A stretch of DNA of 64,000 nt from an uncultured Chloroflexia bacterium (GTDB taxonomy: Bacteria; Chloroflexota; Dehalococcoidia; UBA2979): contig CAVSIV010000002.1 of assembly GCA_963728205.1 (NCBI GenBank), forward strand, positions 352,001 to 416,000, written 5' to 3'. Below are positions 28,631 to 37,235 of this stretch, piece by piece (positions within the stretch are counted from its first letter, which is position 1; each line of letters opens with the position of its first letter). The translations under genes and the position numbers were made by a program. The notes beneath the pieces were generated by a model. That model searched no databases. It was given only the letters and a program-made list of their open reading frames with translations, and was not told the DNA's origin.

Positions 28631-29824
28631 TTGGTGACGAGCGAGCGAACCCAGGTAGCGGCCGATGCCGCGGGCGTGGCCCGCAAGACGCTGGAGCATG
28701 CGTACGGCTTCGACGACGTCGCGATCGTCCCCGGGGCGGTGACGACGAATCCCGAGCTCGTGAGCACCGACTTCACGCTCGGCGATCACACGTTCCCCGT
28801 GCCGATCATCGCGTCGTCGATGGACGGCGTGGTCGACCCCGCGTTCGCCATCAAGATGTCGAAGCTCGGCGGGTTCGCCGTCCTCAACCTCGACGGCGTG
28901 TGGACGCGCTATGAGGATGCCGACGCCGTCCTCGCGGAGATCGCCGCCGCCAGCCTCGAGGAATCGACGAAGATCATCCAGCGCGTCTACCAGACGCCGG
29001 TCCAGGAGGAGCTCGTCGGCCGCCGGGTCGAAGAGATCAAGGCCGGTGGCGGCGTCGCGGTCGTGGCTTCCACCCCCCAGAACACGAAGCGACTCGCACC
29101 GATCGCCCGGGAAGCCGGCGTCGATGTCCTGGTCGTCGCCTCCACCGTCACCACCGCGCGGCACGTCTCGCGGTCGCTCAAGGGACTGCGGCTGGACGAG
29201 CTGGTGGAGCAGATGACTGGCGTCCCGATCCTGGTCGGCAACACCGTCGACTTCCAGGCGACGCTCGAGTTGATGGGGATGGGCATCCACGGCGTGCTGA
29301 TCGGCGTCGGCCCCGGCGCGGCGTGCACGTCGCGCGAGGTGCTCGGCATCGGCATGCCGCAGGTCAGCGCGACGATCGAGACGGCGCATGCGCGCGACGT
29401 CTACTTCGCGCAGACCGGCCGCTACGTGCCGATCATCACCGACGGCGGCCTGCGCACCGGCGGCGACGTGTCGAAGGCGGTCTGCGCCGGCGCGGACGCC
29501 GTCATGATCGGGTCGCCGTTTGCCGGCTGCATCGGCGCACCCGGGCGCGGCTTCCACTGGGGCATGGCGACCCCGCACGCGGAGCTTCCGCGCGGCGTGC
29601 GCGTGGCGGTCGGCCAGACGCACACCGTCGAGCAGCTGCTGTTCGGACCGACGTCGAAGACCGACGGCACCGAGAACCTGGTGGGCGCCCTGCGCACGTC
29701 GATGGCGACCTGCGGCGCGCAAACGATCCAGGACTTCCACGACGCCCGGATGATCATCGCGCCGTCGATCAAGACCGAGGGCAAGATCTACCAGATGGCC
29801 CAGACGCGGCCGGCGGGCATCTAG
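28631..29824 (+). CDS. guaB: GuaB3 family IMP dehydrogenase-related protein
   Basis: AYGFDDVAIVP, GVGPGAACTSREVLGIG, WGMATP, no CBS domain. Confidence 0.92.
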   Translation: MVTSERTQVAADAAGVARKTLEHAYGFDDVAIVPGAVTTNPELVSTDFTLGDHTFPVPIIASSMDGVVDPAFAIKMSKLGGFAVLNLDGVWTRYEDADAVLAEIAAASLEESTKIIQRVYQTPVQEELVGRRVEEIKAGGGVAVVASTPQNTKRLAPIAREAGVDVLVVASTVTTARHVSRSLKGLRLDELVEQMTGVPILVGNTVDFQATLELMGMGIHGVLIGVGPGAACTSREVLGIGMPQVSATIETAHARDVYFAQTGRYVPIITDGGLRTGGDVSKAVCAGADAVMIGSPFAGCIGAPGRGFHWGMATPHAELPRGVRVAVGQTHTVEQLLFGPTSKTDGTENLVGALRTSMATCGAQTIQDFHDARMIIAPSIKTEGKIYQMAQTRPAGI

Positions 29825-29910
29825 CCCGCCCGGCGCGTCATCAGCGAAGCCGCCGGGATCCTCCGGCGGCTTGCGTCGGCACCCTCACGGGGCGCCCTGC
29901 TTCACGCCTG

Positions 29911-30084
29911 TCAGCAGCCGGGCTCGCCGCCGTTGCCACAGCAGGACTGGCGGTGGCGAACCTTGATCCAGGTGTTACGCAGCGCCAGCCGCAGCTTCGT
30001 CTGGAACGGCGCGTCGTATTCGCGCCAGTTCGTGAAGATCGCGCGCGGCGACGGTCCGCCGCTTCCGCTCCCCGGATCGCACAT
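29911..30084 (-). CDS. Small Cys-tailed hypothetical protein (57 aa)
   Basis: GAGGAGG RBS before ATG 30084; ends ...KVRHRQSCCGNGGEPGC*. Confidence 0.7.
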   Translation of the reverse strand: MCDPGSGSGGPSPRAIFTNWREYDAPFQTKLRLALRNTWIKVRHRQSCCGNGGEPGC

Positions 30085-30176
30085 CGGGTCGCCTCCTCGC
30101 TCGCGTCGATGGTATGCGCGCGGTGCGAGAATCCGGCACGCGCGCCTGCGCGCACCGGACGGGCGAGGAGGTGGAC

Positions 30177-30992
30177 ATGAGCGGCATCTGGCCGGGGGAG
30201 ACGCGCTGCGTCGTGATGCTGGGGTTCGACGTCGATGGGCCCTCGGCGATGATTCGCCGCAATCCCGCCGTCGAGCAGATGCCGTCCGCGCGCTCGATGG
30301 GCGAGTTCGGGCCGGAGGTCGCGGTCCCGCGCATCCTGGCGCTGCTGCGCGCGCACGACGTGCCGGCGTCGTTCTACGTGCCGGGGTGGGTCGCCGATCG
30401 CTGGCCGGCGACGGTCGAGCGCATCGCGGCGGCAGGCCACGAGATCGCGCACCACGGCTACCTCCACGAGCCGCCGGCGACGCTGGACGGCGACGAGGAA
30501 GGCACCGTGCTCGACCGCGGCAGCGAGGCGCTCGCACGCATCACCGGCGAGCGGCCGCGCGGGTACCGGTCGCCGTCGTGGGAGCTCAGCGAGCGATCGC
30601 TCTCGCTGCTCGCCGACCGCGGCTTCGTGTACGACTCCAGCCTGATGGGCGACGACGCGCCCTACGCGGTCGACGTCGGCGACGGCCGCCGGCTCGTCGA
30701 GATTCCCGTGCACTGGACGCTCGACGACGCGCCGTTCTACCCGTTCAATCCGGCCGTCGGACGCACCGAGGTGATGGCAAGCCCGGCGCAGGTGTTCGAC
30801 ACGTGGGCGGCCGCCTTCGACGAGATCTACGAGCGGGGCCGCGCCTACACGCTGACGCTGCACCCGTGGATCAGCGGCCGCGCCGGCCGCCTGCTGATGC
30901 TGGAGCGGCTGCTGCAGCACATCCGGCAGCACAGCGGCGTGGAGTTCGCGCGCGCGATCGACGTGGCGACGGCGTTCGCATCGCAGACGTAG
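30177..30992 (+). CDS. Polysaccharide deacetylase (CE4, PuuE/PgdA-like)
   Basis: GFDVD, HEIAHHGYLHE, GYRSPSW, YDSS, LDD, TLHP; GAGGAGG RBS. Confidence 0.92.
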   Translation: MSGIWPGETRCVVMLGFDVDGPSAMIRRNPAVEQMPSARSMGEFGPEVAVPRILALLRAHDVPASFYVPGWVADRWPATVERIAAAGHEIAHHGYLHEPPATLDGDEEGTVLDRGSEALARITGERPRGYRSPSWELSERSLSLLADRGFVYDSSLMGDDAPYAVDVGDGRRLVEIPVHWTLDDAPFYPFNPAVGRTEVMASPAQVFDTWAAAFDEIYERGRAYTLTLHPWISGRAGRLLMLERLLQHIRQHSGVEFARAIDVATAFASQT

Positions 30993-31121
30993 GCACGCGG
31001 CAGACCGGAGGCCCGCGGTATGCGTTGCGCGCTCCTGCGCGCGGAGGGAGCGACCCCGGCATCCGGGAGGCGCTCACGATCCACGGCAGTCGGCATGCCC
31101 CGGGGGCCCCGCGCGCGCATG

Positions 31122-31226
31122 AACGTCACCCAAAGCGGCGGCAGTATGCCGCCGACAGGACGCGGACGCAGTCCGCGGCTGGCGCCGCGCTTCTGTCGGC
31201 GGCATATCTGCCGCCGCTTTGACGTT
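31122..31226. repeat. REPIN/MITE-like inverted repeat whose arms are themselves palindromic
   Basis: CAAAGCGGCGGCAG-TATGCCGCCGACAG (31131-31158) pairs with 31193-31221 with one bulge. Confidence 0.8.
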
Positions 31227-31242
31227 TCGACGAGGCCTGAAG

Positions 31243-31262
31243 CCCTTCGACAGGCTCAGGAC
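31243..31262. repeat. Single REP-like unit (CCCTTCGACAGGCTCAGG family)
   Basis: Reverse complement of the left arm at 34450-34467. Confidence 0.65.
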
Positions 31263-31331
31263 GGGCGCTGCCGCGCGACCGGAAGTGGCGCAGGCGTAGA
31301 ATCACGCGCGCAATCGCGAGCGAGGGACGCC

Positions 31332-32690
31332 ATGGCCGAGCCCGCCCCCGGCGCGTCGCCAGTCGGGTCCGCCGCGCTCCCGCTCCCGCGGACCGTGTTC
31401 GGGCGGCCGGTCTACTACGGCTGGTACGTCGTCGGCATCGCGTTCATCGCGTCGATGATGTCGGCCGGCGTGCAGGCCTACACGCTCGGGGTGTTCCTCA
31501 AGCCGATGACCGCCGCGCTCGGCTGGTCGCGCACCGATATCTCGCTCGGGCAGACGGTCTCGACGTTCGCGACCGGGATCCTGGCGCTGGTCGTCGGGCC
31601 GATCATGGACCGCCGCGGCGGCCGCGTGCTGATCGTGATCGGCGCGGCGGTCAGCGGGCTCGGGTTCATCGCCCTCGGCCAGGTGCACACGCTGTGGCAG
31701 TACTACCTCGTGCGCGGGGCGCTGCTCACCGTCGGCAGCGTGGGCATGGGCACGCTCGTCGTCAACGTCGCCATCTCGAACTGGTTCGTGCGCATGCGCG
31801 GGCGAGCAATCGCGATCGGGTCGATGGGCGTGTCGGTGTCGGCGCTGATCATGCCGCCGCTCTCGACGCACCTCATCGCGGCGTTCGGCTGGCGGACGGC
31901 ATGGGCGGTGATCGGCGTGCTCGTCTGGATCGTGGTGATCCCGGCGGCGGCCTACGTGATGCGCCGCCGGCCCGAGGATCACGGGCTCGAAGTGGACGGC
32001 GGCGCCCCGCCCGCCGGGCACGTGACACGCGTACGCACGGCGGGCGACGTGCGCTGGACGCGTCGCCAGGCCGCGCGCACGCCGGCGCTGTGGATGCTGA
32101 TCGTCTCGTTCGGGTTCGCCAGCATGGGCCTCGGCGCGATGCTGCTCCACCTCTACCCGTATCTCACCGACCGCGGCTTCACGCCCGGCGAAGCAGCGGC
32201 GGGCTTCAGCACGATCGGCATCACCGGCCTGATCTCGAAGCCACTGTGGGGCGTCGCGCTCGAGCGTTACGAGACGCGGCTGTGCGCCTGCGCCGAGTTT
32301 CTCTCGATGGGGCTCGGGATTCTGCTGGTCCTGCTGATCCGCAACGTCGCGACGATGTTCGGCGCGATCTTCGTGCTGGGCATCGGCATCGGCGGCGTGA
32401 TCACCGTGCAGGAGGTGGTCTGGGCGAACTACTTCGGGCGGCTCACGCTCGGGACCGTGCGCAGCATCGGCCGCCCGTTCACGATCGTCACCAGCGCCGG
32501 CGGGCCGGTGCTCGCCGGAGCGGCGTACGACATCGGCGGCTCGTACACGGTGGCGTTCATCGTCTTCGTGATCACCTACGTGATCGCGGCGGGGCTCATT
32601 CTCGTGACGCCCCAGCCGCGTCCGCCGGCCGGCAGCGAGGTACCCGCGGAGCCCGTGCCGGTGGCGGCCGGGGTGCGTCAGGCCGGGTAG
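31332..32690 (+). CDS. MFS transporter (OFA/MCT-like)
   Basis: YYGWYVV, GPIMDRRGGR motif A, about 12 hydrophobic segments. Confidence 0.92.
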   Translation: MAEPAPGASPVGSAALPLPRTVFGRPVYYGWYVVGIAFIASMMSAGVQAYTLGVFLKPMTAALGWSRTDISLGQTVSTFATGILALVVGPIMDRRGGRVLIVIGAAVSGLGFIALGQVHTLWQYYLVRGALLTVGSVGMGTLVVNVAISNWFVRMRGRAIAIGSMGVSVSALIMPPLSTHLIAAFGWRTAWAVIGVLVWIVVIPAAAYVMRRRPEDHGLEVDGGAPPAGHVTRVRTAGDVRWTRRQAARTPALWMLIVSFGFASMGLGAMLLHLYPYLTDRGFTPGEAAAGFSTIGITGLISKPLWGVALERYETRLCACAEFLSMGLGILLVLLIRNVATMFGAIFVLGIGIGGVITVQEVVWANYFGRLTLGTVRSIGRPFTIVTSAGGPVLAGAAYDIGGSYTVAFIVFVITYVIAAGLILVTPQPRPPAGSEVPAEPVPVAAGVRQAG

Positions 32691-33589
32691 CCGGCCCGCA
32701 CCTCGATCACACGCCGCGTGCCGCGCAGGTCGCGGTGCGCGGCGGCGGCGGCGCCCGGCCGGTCGACGGCACCGAGCAGCATGTCCTCGACGAACGGCGC
32801 TTGCCCCCCGCCGATCTCCATCAGCACCGCGACGGGGCCGTCCGCGAGGTGCGCCGGCAGTTGGGCGCAGAATCGGCGGTACAAGTCGAGGCCGTCCTCG
32901 CCGCCGTCGACGGCGACGCGCGGCTCGTGCGCGCGGATCTCGTCGGGGAGCGCCTCGTATTCCTCGGTGGGGATATACGGGAGGTTCGCGAGCACGACGT
33001 CGAGCGGCTCGGAGAGCGGCTCGAGCAGGTCGCCCGCGAGCAGGACGACGCGGTCGAGCACCCCGAGCCGGCGCGCGTTGCGACCGGCCCACTGCAGCGC
33101 GTCGGTCGAGACGTCGGTCGCGAAGAGCTTCGCGGTCGGGGCATGGCGCGCGACCGACACGGCGACCGCGCCCGAGCCCGTGGCGACGTCGGCGACGCGC
33201 ACCAGCCGGCGCGCGCGCGGGTGCGCGCGAACGGCCGCGAGCGCGGCCTCGACCAGCGTCTCGGTCTCGGGCCGCGGCACCAGGCACCCCGGGCCGACGA
33301 GGAACTCCAGCCCGTAGAACTCGCGCCGGCCGAGGATGTACGCGAGCGGCTCGTGGCGCAGGCGACGGTCGAGGAGCGCGTCGAACGCCGCCAGCGCCGC
33401 AGGCTCGGGCGGCGCCGCACCGGCCGCGATCACGTGCTCGCGGTCGAGGCCGGCCGCCTGTGCGTAGAGCAGCTCTGCCTCGAGCCGCGCCTCGTCGAGA
33501 TCCTCCGAGCAGTGGCGCAGCAGCAGGCGCTCGGCGGCGCGCTGCAGCGCGGCGCGCAGCGGCTCGGCGGGCGCGGGTGCGGCCGTCAT
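32678..33589 (-). CDS. prmC: Release factor glutamine methyltransferase
   Basis: EPLAYILGRREFYG, VPRPETETLV, DVATGSG, NLPY, DGGEDGL. Confidence 0.95.
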   Translation of the reverse strand: MTAAPAPAEPLRAALQRAAERLLLRHCSEDLDEARLEAELLYAQAAGLDREHVIAAGAAPPEPAALAAFDALLDRRLRHEPLAYILGRREFYGLEFLVGPGCLVPRPETETLVEAALAAVRAHPRARRLVRVADVATGSGAVAVSVARHAPTAKLFATDVSTDALQWAGRNARRLGVLDRVVLLAGDLLEPLSEPLDVVLANLPYIPTEEYEALPDEIRAHEPRVAVDGGEDGLDLYRRFCAQLPAHLADGPVAVLMEIGGGQAPFVEDMLLGAVDRPGAAAAAHRDLRGTRRVIEVRAGYPA

Positions 33590-34395
33590 GCGCCGTCGGG
33601 GCGCTCGCGGCGACGGAGCACCTCGTACAGGAGGACGCCGGTCGCGACCGCGACGTTCAGCGACGACGCGCGGCCGAGCATCGGGATGCGCACGACGGCG
33701 TCGCACGCGGTGCGCTGCTCGAGCGAGAGCCCCTCGCGCTCGCTCCCGATGAGCAGCACGGTCGGGTCGCCGTAGTCGACCTCGCGGTAGTCGGCGGCGC
33801 CGGAGGCGGACGATCCGACCAGGCGCGCGCCGGTGAGCTGCGCCCACGCCACGAGATCCTCGAACGACGCGCGCGCCACGCGCTGCGAGAAGACGGCGCC
33901 CATCCCGGCGCGCACCGACGCCGGGTCGTACGGGTCTGTGGACGCGCCGACGAGCACCACGCCCGCGGCGCCGCTCGCGTCGCACGTCCGCAGGATCGTG
34001 CCGAGGTTGCCGGGGTCGGCGATGGCATCGAGCGCGACCCAGCGGTCGCCGTGTGCCAGCCGCACGCCGCCGAGGTCGGCCCACCGCTGACGCACGACGG
34101 CAGCGAGCCCCTGCGGGCCGTCGCGGTCGGAGAGCGTGCGGAAGACGTCGGTGGTCACCTCGAGGACCGGCACCTCGCGGTCGGCGGCCTCCGCGACGAG
34201 CGATTGGCCGAAGTCGCTCGAGAGGCGGCGCGGGGCGACCACGAGCGTCTCGACGTCGGCGCCGGCCTGGATCGCCTCGCCGACGGCGCGGATGCCCTCG
34301 ACGTAGCACAGCCCGCTCTGCTCGCGCGCCTTGCGGGTGCGCAGCGCGCGGATGTCGCGGACGCGGGCGTTCGACGTGCTCGTGATCAGGGGCAT
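33586..34395 (-). CDS. TrmH/SpoU family RNA methyltransferase
   Basis: DPGNLGTILR, IGSEREGL, IPM.G..SSLNVAVA. Confidence 0.94.
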   Translation of the reverse strand: MPLITSTSNARVRDIRALRTRKAREQSGLCYVEGIRAVGEAIQAGADVETLVVAPRRLSSDFGQSLVAEAADREVPVLEVTTDVFRTLSDRDGPQGLAAVVRQRWADLGGVRLAHGDRWVALDAIADPGNLGTILRTCDASGAAGVVLVGASTDPYDPASVRAGMGAVFSQRVARASFEDLVAWAQLTGARLVGSSASGAADYREVDYGDPTVLLIGSEREGLSLEQRTACDAVVRIPMLGRASSLNVAVATGVLLYEVLRRRERPDGA

Positions 34396-34441
34396 CGGTC
34401 CGTGCCGTTCAGTTCGCTCGACGGCTCGATCGTGCCCGCGC

Positions 34442-34507
34442 CCGTTCGCCCTGAGCCTGTCGAAGGGCGCCGGCGGATCGCCCTTCGCCTGCGCTCGGGG
34501 CGAACGG
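34442..34507. repeat. REP doublet (inverted pair)
   Basis: CCGTTCGCCCTGAGCCTGTCGAAGGGCG paired with CGCCCTTCGCCTGCGCTCGGGGCGAACGG. Confidence 0.75.
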
Positions 34508-34521
34508 ATGAGGCCGCCGGG

Positions 34522-35586
34522 TCAGGCCGTCGCGGCGAGCGCGCGTGCCTGCTCTTCGCCCGTCACCGCGTCAATCAGGGCGTCGATCTCTCCGTCCATC
34601 ACCCGCGGGATGCCGTGGATGGTGAGGTTCACGCGGTGGTCGGTGATGCGGTCCTGCGGGTAGTTGTAGGTGCGGATCTTCTCCGCGCGGTCGCCGGTGC
34701 CGACCTGCGAGCGGCGCGCGGCGGCCTCTTCCTGCGCCGCCTTCTCGCGCTCGATCTCGTAGAGGCGCGCGCGCAGGTGCGCCTCGGCCTTCGCGCGGTT
34801 CTTCGCCTGCGAGCGCTCGTCCTGGCAGGTGACCACGATGCCGGTCGGCACGTGCGTCATCCGCACCGCCGTCGCCACCTTGTTCACGTTCTGACCGCCG
34901 GCGCCGCCCGAGTGGAAGATGTCGATCCGCACGTCGTTCCAGTCGATGTCGACGTCGACCTCGTCGACCTCCGGCAGCACCGCGACGGTCGCGGTCGAGG
35001 TGTGGATGCGGCCCTGCGATTCCGTCTCGGGCACGCGCTGCACGCGGTGGACGCCCGACTCGTACTTGAGGCGCGAGTAGGCGCCGCGGCCGTGGACCTC
35101 GAAGGTGATCTCCTTGTAGCCGCCGCTGGCCGCGGCGGAGGTATTGATGATCTCGGTCGTCCAGCGCTGGCGCTCGGCGTAGCGCTGGTACATGCGAAAG
35201 AGGTCCGCGGCGAAGAGGCCGGCCTCGTCGCCGCCGGCGCCGCCGCGGATCTCGACGATCACATCGCGCTCGTCGGCGGGGTCCTTCGGCAGCAGCGCGA
35301 CACGCAGCTCCTGCTCGAGGCGCTCCGCCTCGGGCTCCAGGCGCTCGACCTCCTCGCGGCCGAGGTCGCGCATCTCGGCGTCGGCGTCGCGCTGGAGCAC
35401 GCGGGCGTCGTCGAGCGCCGCCTGGGCGTCGCGGAAGGAGCGGTAGAGGGTGACGACGGACTCGAGGCCGGAGCGTTCGCGCGCGATCTCCTCGACGCGG
35501 CGGTGATCGGCGATCACGTCCGGGTCGGCGAGGAGGGCGGTCAGCTCCTCGTAGCGGGCCTCGATCTCGGCGAGTCGTTCGAGCAT
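34522..35586 (-). CDS. prfA: Peptide chain release factor 1
   Basis: GGQ motif, RVQRVPETE (PxT), [10 protein letters not shown]. Confidence 0.97.
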   Translation of the reverse strand: MLERLAEIEARYEELTALLADPDVIADHRRVEEIARERSGLESVVTLYRSFRDAQAALDDARVLQRDADAEMRDLGREEVERLEPEAERLEQELRVALLPKDPADERDVIVEIRGGAGGDEAGLFAADLFRMYQRYAERQRWTTEIINTSAAASGGYKEITFEVHGRGAYSRLKYESGVHRVQRVPETESQGRIHTSTATVAVLPEVDEVDVDIDWNDVRIDIFHSGGAGGQNVNKVATAVRMTHVPTGIVVTCQDERSQAKNRAKAEAHLRARLYEIEREKAAQEEAAARRSQVGTGDRAEKIRTYNYPQDRITDHRVNLTIHGIPRVMDGEIDALIDAVTGEEQARALAATA

Positions 35587-35623
35587 GGGTTCAGGTTAGC
35601 AGCGGAGGGCGGTACGGGCCGGG

Positions 35624-35713
35624 CCGGAGCCTGCCTCGAGCGGCAGCCCGTAGGGAGCCGCTCGCTCCGCGAAGCCTGCGTCGAGCCGCAGCCGGAAGGG
35701 TGCCGTTCGCTCC
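35624..35713. repeat. Tandem 2 x 45 bp direct repeat with a covarying hairpin
   Basis: Units 35624-35668 and 35669-35713 match at 37/45 positions by hand alignment. Confidence 0.75.
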
Positions 35714-35841
35714 GGAGGCGTGGGCGGAGGATCGGGCAATTCCAGGGGCGGCGCCGGGGGCAGCTCGCGGTGCGGCCGAGCTCGTTGTGCCGCCCTGCGC
35801 GACGTCGGGGAGGCACGTGCACTCGGGGATGGATCGGCAGC

Positions 35842-37128
35842 CTACCGGCTGCCGCTCGATGTGGTGGCGTGGATGGCGTGTGCCGCCTCTCCGGCGGGAA
35901 CGGTTCGTTGCTCGCCGTCGCCGACGAGCGGCTTCACCTGCACGACGCCGTCGGCGGCCTCCTGGTCGCCGACGATCACCGCGTACCGCGCGCCACTCGA
36001 GGACGCGCCGCGCAGCTGCGCGCGCATCGACCGGCCGGGGACGCCGCCGCGCACGACGAGGCCCGCGCCGCGCAGGTCGCGGGCGACGCGCAACGCCGCC
36101 CGCGCGCCCTCGTCGCCGAGGGGGATCATCGCGACGTCGGGCGCGGCATCCGCCGCGGCGTCGGGACCGAGCCCGCGCTCGCGGAGGTTCATCACGATGC
36201 GCTCGATGCCGGTGCCGAAGCCGACGCCGGGCGTGTGCGGCCCGCCGAGCAGCTCGATCAGCCCGTCGTAGCGCCCGCCGGCACCCACGGTGGACTGCCC
36301 GCCGGCGCCCGGCGGCTCGAACTCCCAGACAGTCCGCGCGTAGTAGTCGAGGCCGCGCACGATGCGCGGCTCGACCGCGTAGGCGACGCCGAGCGCGTCG
36401 AGCGAGGCGCGCACCGCTGCGAAGTGATCGGTGTCGGCGGGGGAGAGGAACTCGAGGATGCTCGGCGCCGCGCGCACGGCGGGGTGGTCGGCGTCCTCCT
36501 TCGAGTCGAGGATGCGCAGCACGTTCGTCTCGAAGCGGCGCTGGGAGTCGGCCGAGAGCGTCGCCACGTGCGGGCGGAAGTAGGCGCGCAGTGCCTCGAC
36601 ATAACGCTGACGCGTCTCGGCGGTGCCGATGGAGTTCACGCGCAGCACGAGGTCGTCGAGCCCGAGCTCCCGGTAGAGCGTGTGCTGCAGCTCGATCACC
36701 TCGACGTCTGCCGCCGGCGATTCGTCGCCGATGTTCTCGACGCCGAACTGCTGCAGCTGGCGGTAGCGGCCGGCCTGCGGGCGGTCGTATCGGAAGAACG
36801 TGCCCATGTAGTAGAGGCGGACCGGCTGCGGGCGGCTGCCCATGCCGTTCTCGAGGTACGCGCGGCAGACGCCGGCGGTGCCCTCGGGGCGCAGCGCGAG
36901 CCGGTCGCCGCCGCGGTCCTCGAAGACGTACATCTCCTTCGAGACGATGTCGGATTCGTCGCCGGCGGTCCGCTGGAAGACCGCGACGTCCTCGACCAGC
37001 GGCGTCTGGATCAGGCCGTAATCGAACGAGCGTGCGACTCGCTCCGCCGTGTCGCGCACGAAGCGCCAGAGCGGGGCGTCCTCGGGGAGAACGTCGTGCA
37101 TGCCGCGGGGAGCGCGCAGGTCGGGCAT
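35842..37128 (-). CDS. hisS: Histidine--tRNA ligase
   Basis: LRPEGTA, FRYDRPQAGRYRQ, VRGLDYY, GGRYDGL, GFGTGIER. Confidence 0.97.
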   Translation of the reverse strand: MPDLRAPRGMHDVLPEDAPLWRFVRDTAERVARSFDYGLIQTPLVEDVAVFQRTAGDESDIVSKEMYVFEDRGGDRLALRPEGTAGVCRAYLENGMGSRPQPVRLYYMGTFFRYDRPQAGRYRQLQQFGVENIGDESPAADVEVIELQHTLYRELGLDDLVLRVNSIGTAETRQRYVEALRAYFRPHVATLSADSQRRFETNVLRILDSKEDADHPAVRAAPSILEFLSPADTDHFAAVRASLDALGVAYAVEPRIVRGLDYYARTVWEFEPPGAGGQSTVGAGGRYDGLIELLGGPHTPGVGFGTGIERIVMNLRERGLGPDAAADAAPDVAMIPLGDEGARAALRVARDLRGAGLVVRGGVPGRSMRAQLRGASSSGARYAVIVGDQEAADGVVQVKPLVGDGEQRTVPAGEAAHAIHATTSSGSR

Positions 37129-37235
37129 GCGGGGGAGTCTACGGTCGCCTCACGCCGACGGCGAGCAGCGAGCCGTCAGCGCCGCGACACCCCCCGGGGG
37201 TACGTGGAGGTCATCTCTGCTACGCTGAGGGCACG

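Noticed and set aside
29902-29913. Selenocysteine readthrough at the microprotein TGA
   Set aside because: No clear SECIS hairpin could be verified and no sel genes are in the window; kept only as a test to run.
35624-35713. Mini CRISPR array
   Set aside because: Only two abutting units, no unique spacers and no cas genes.
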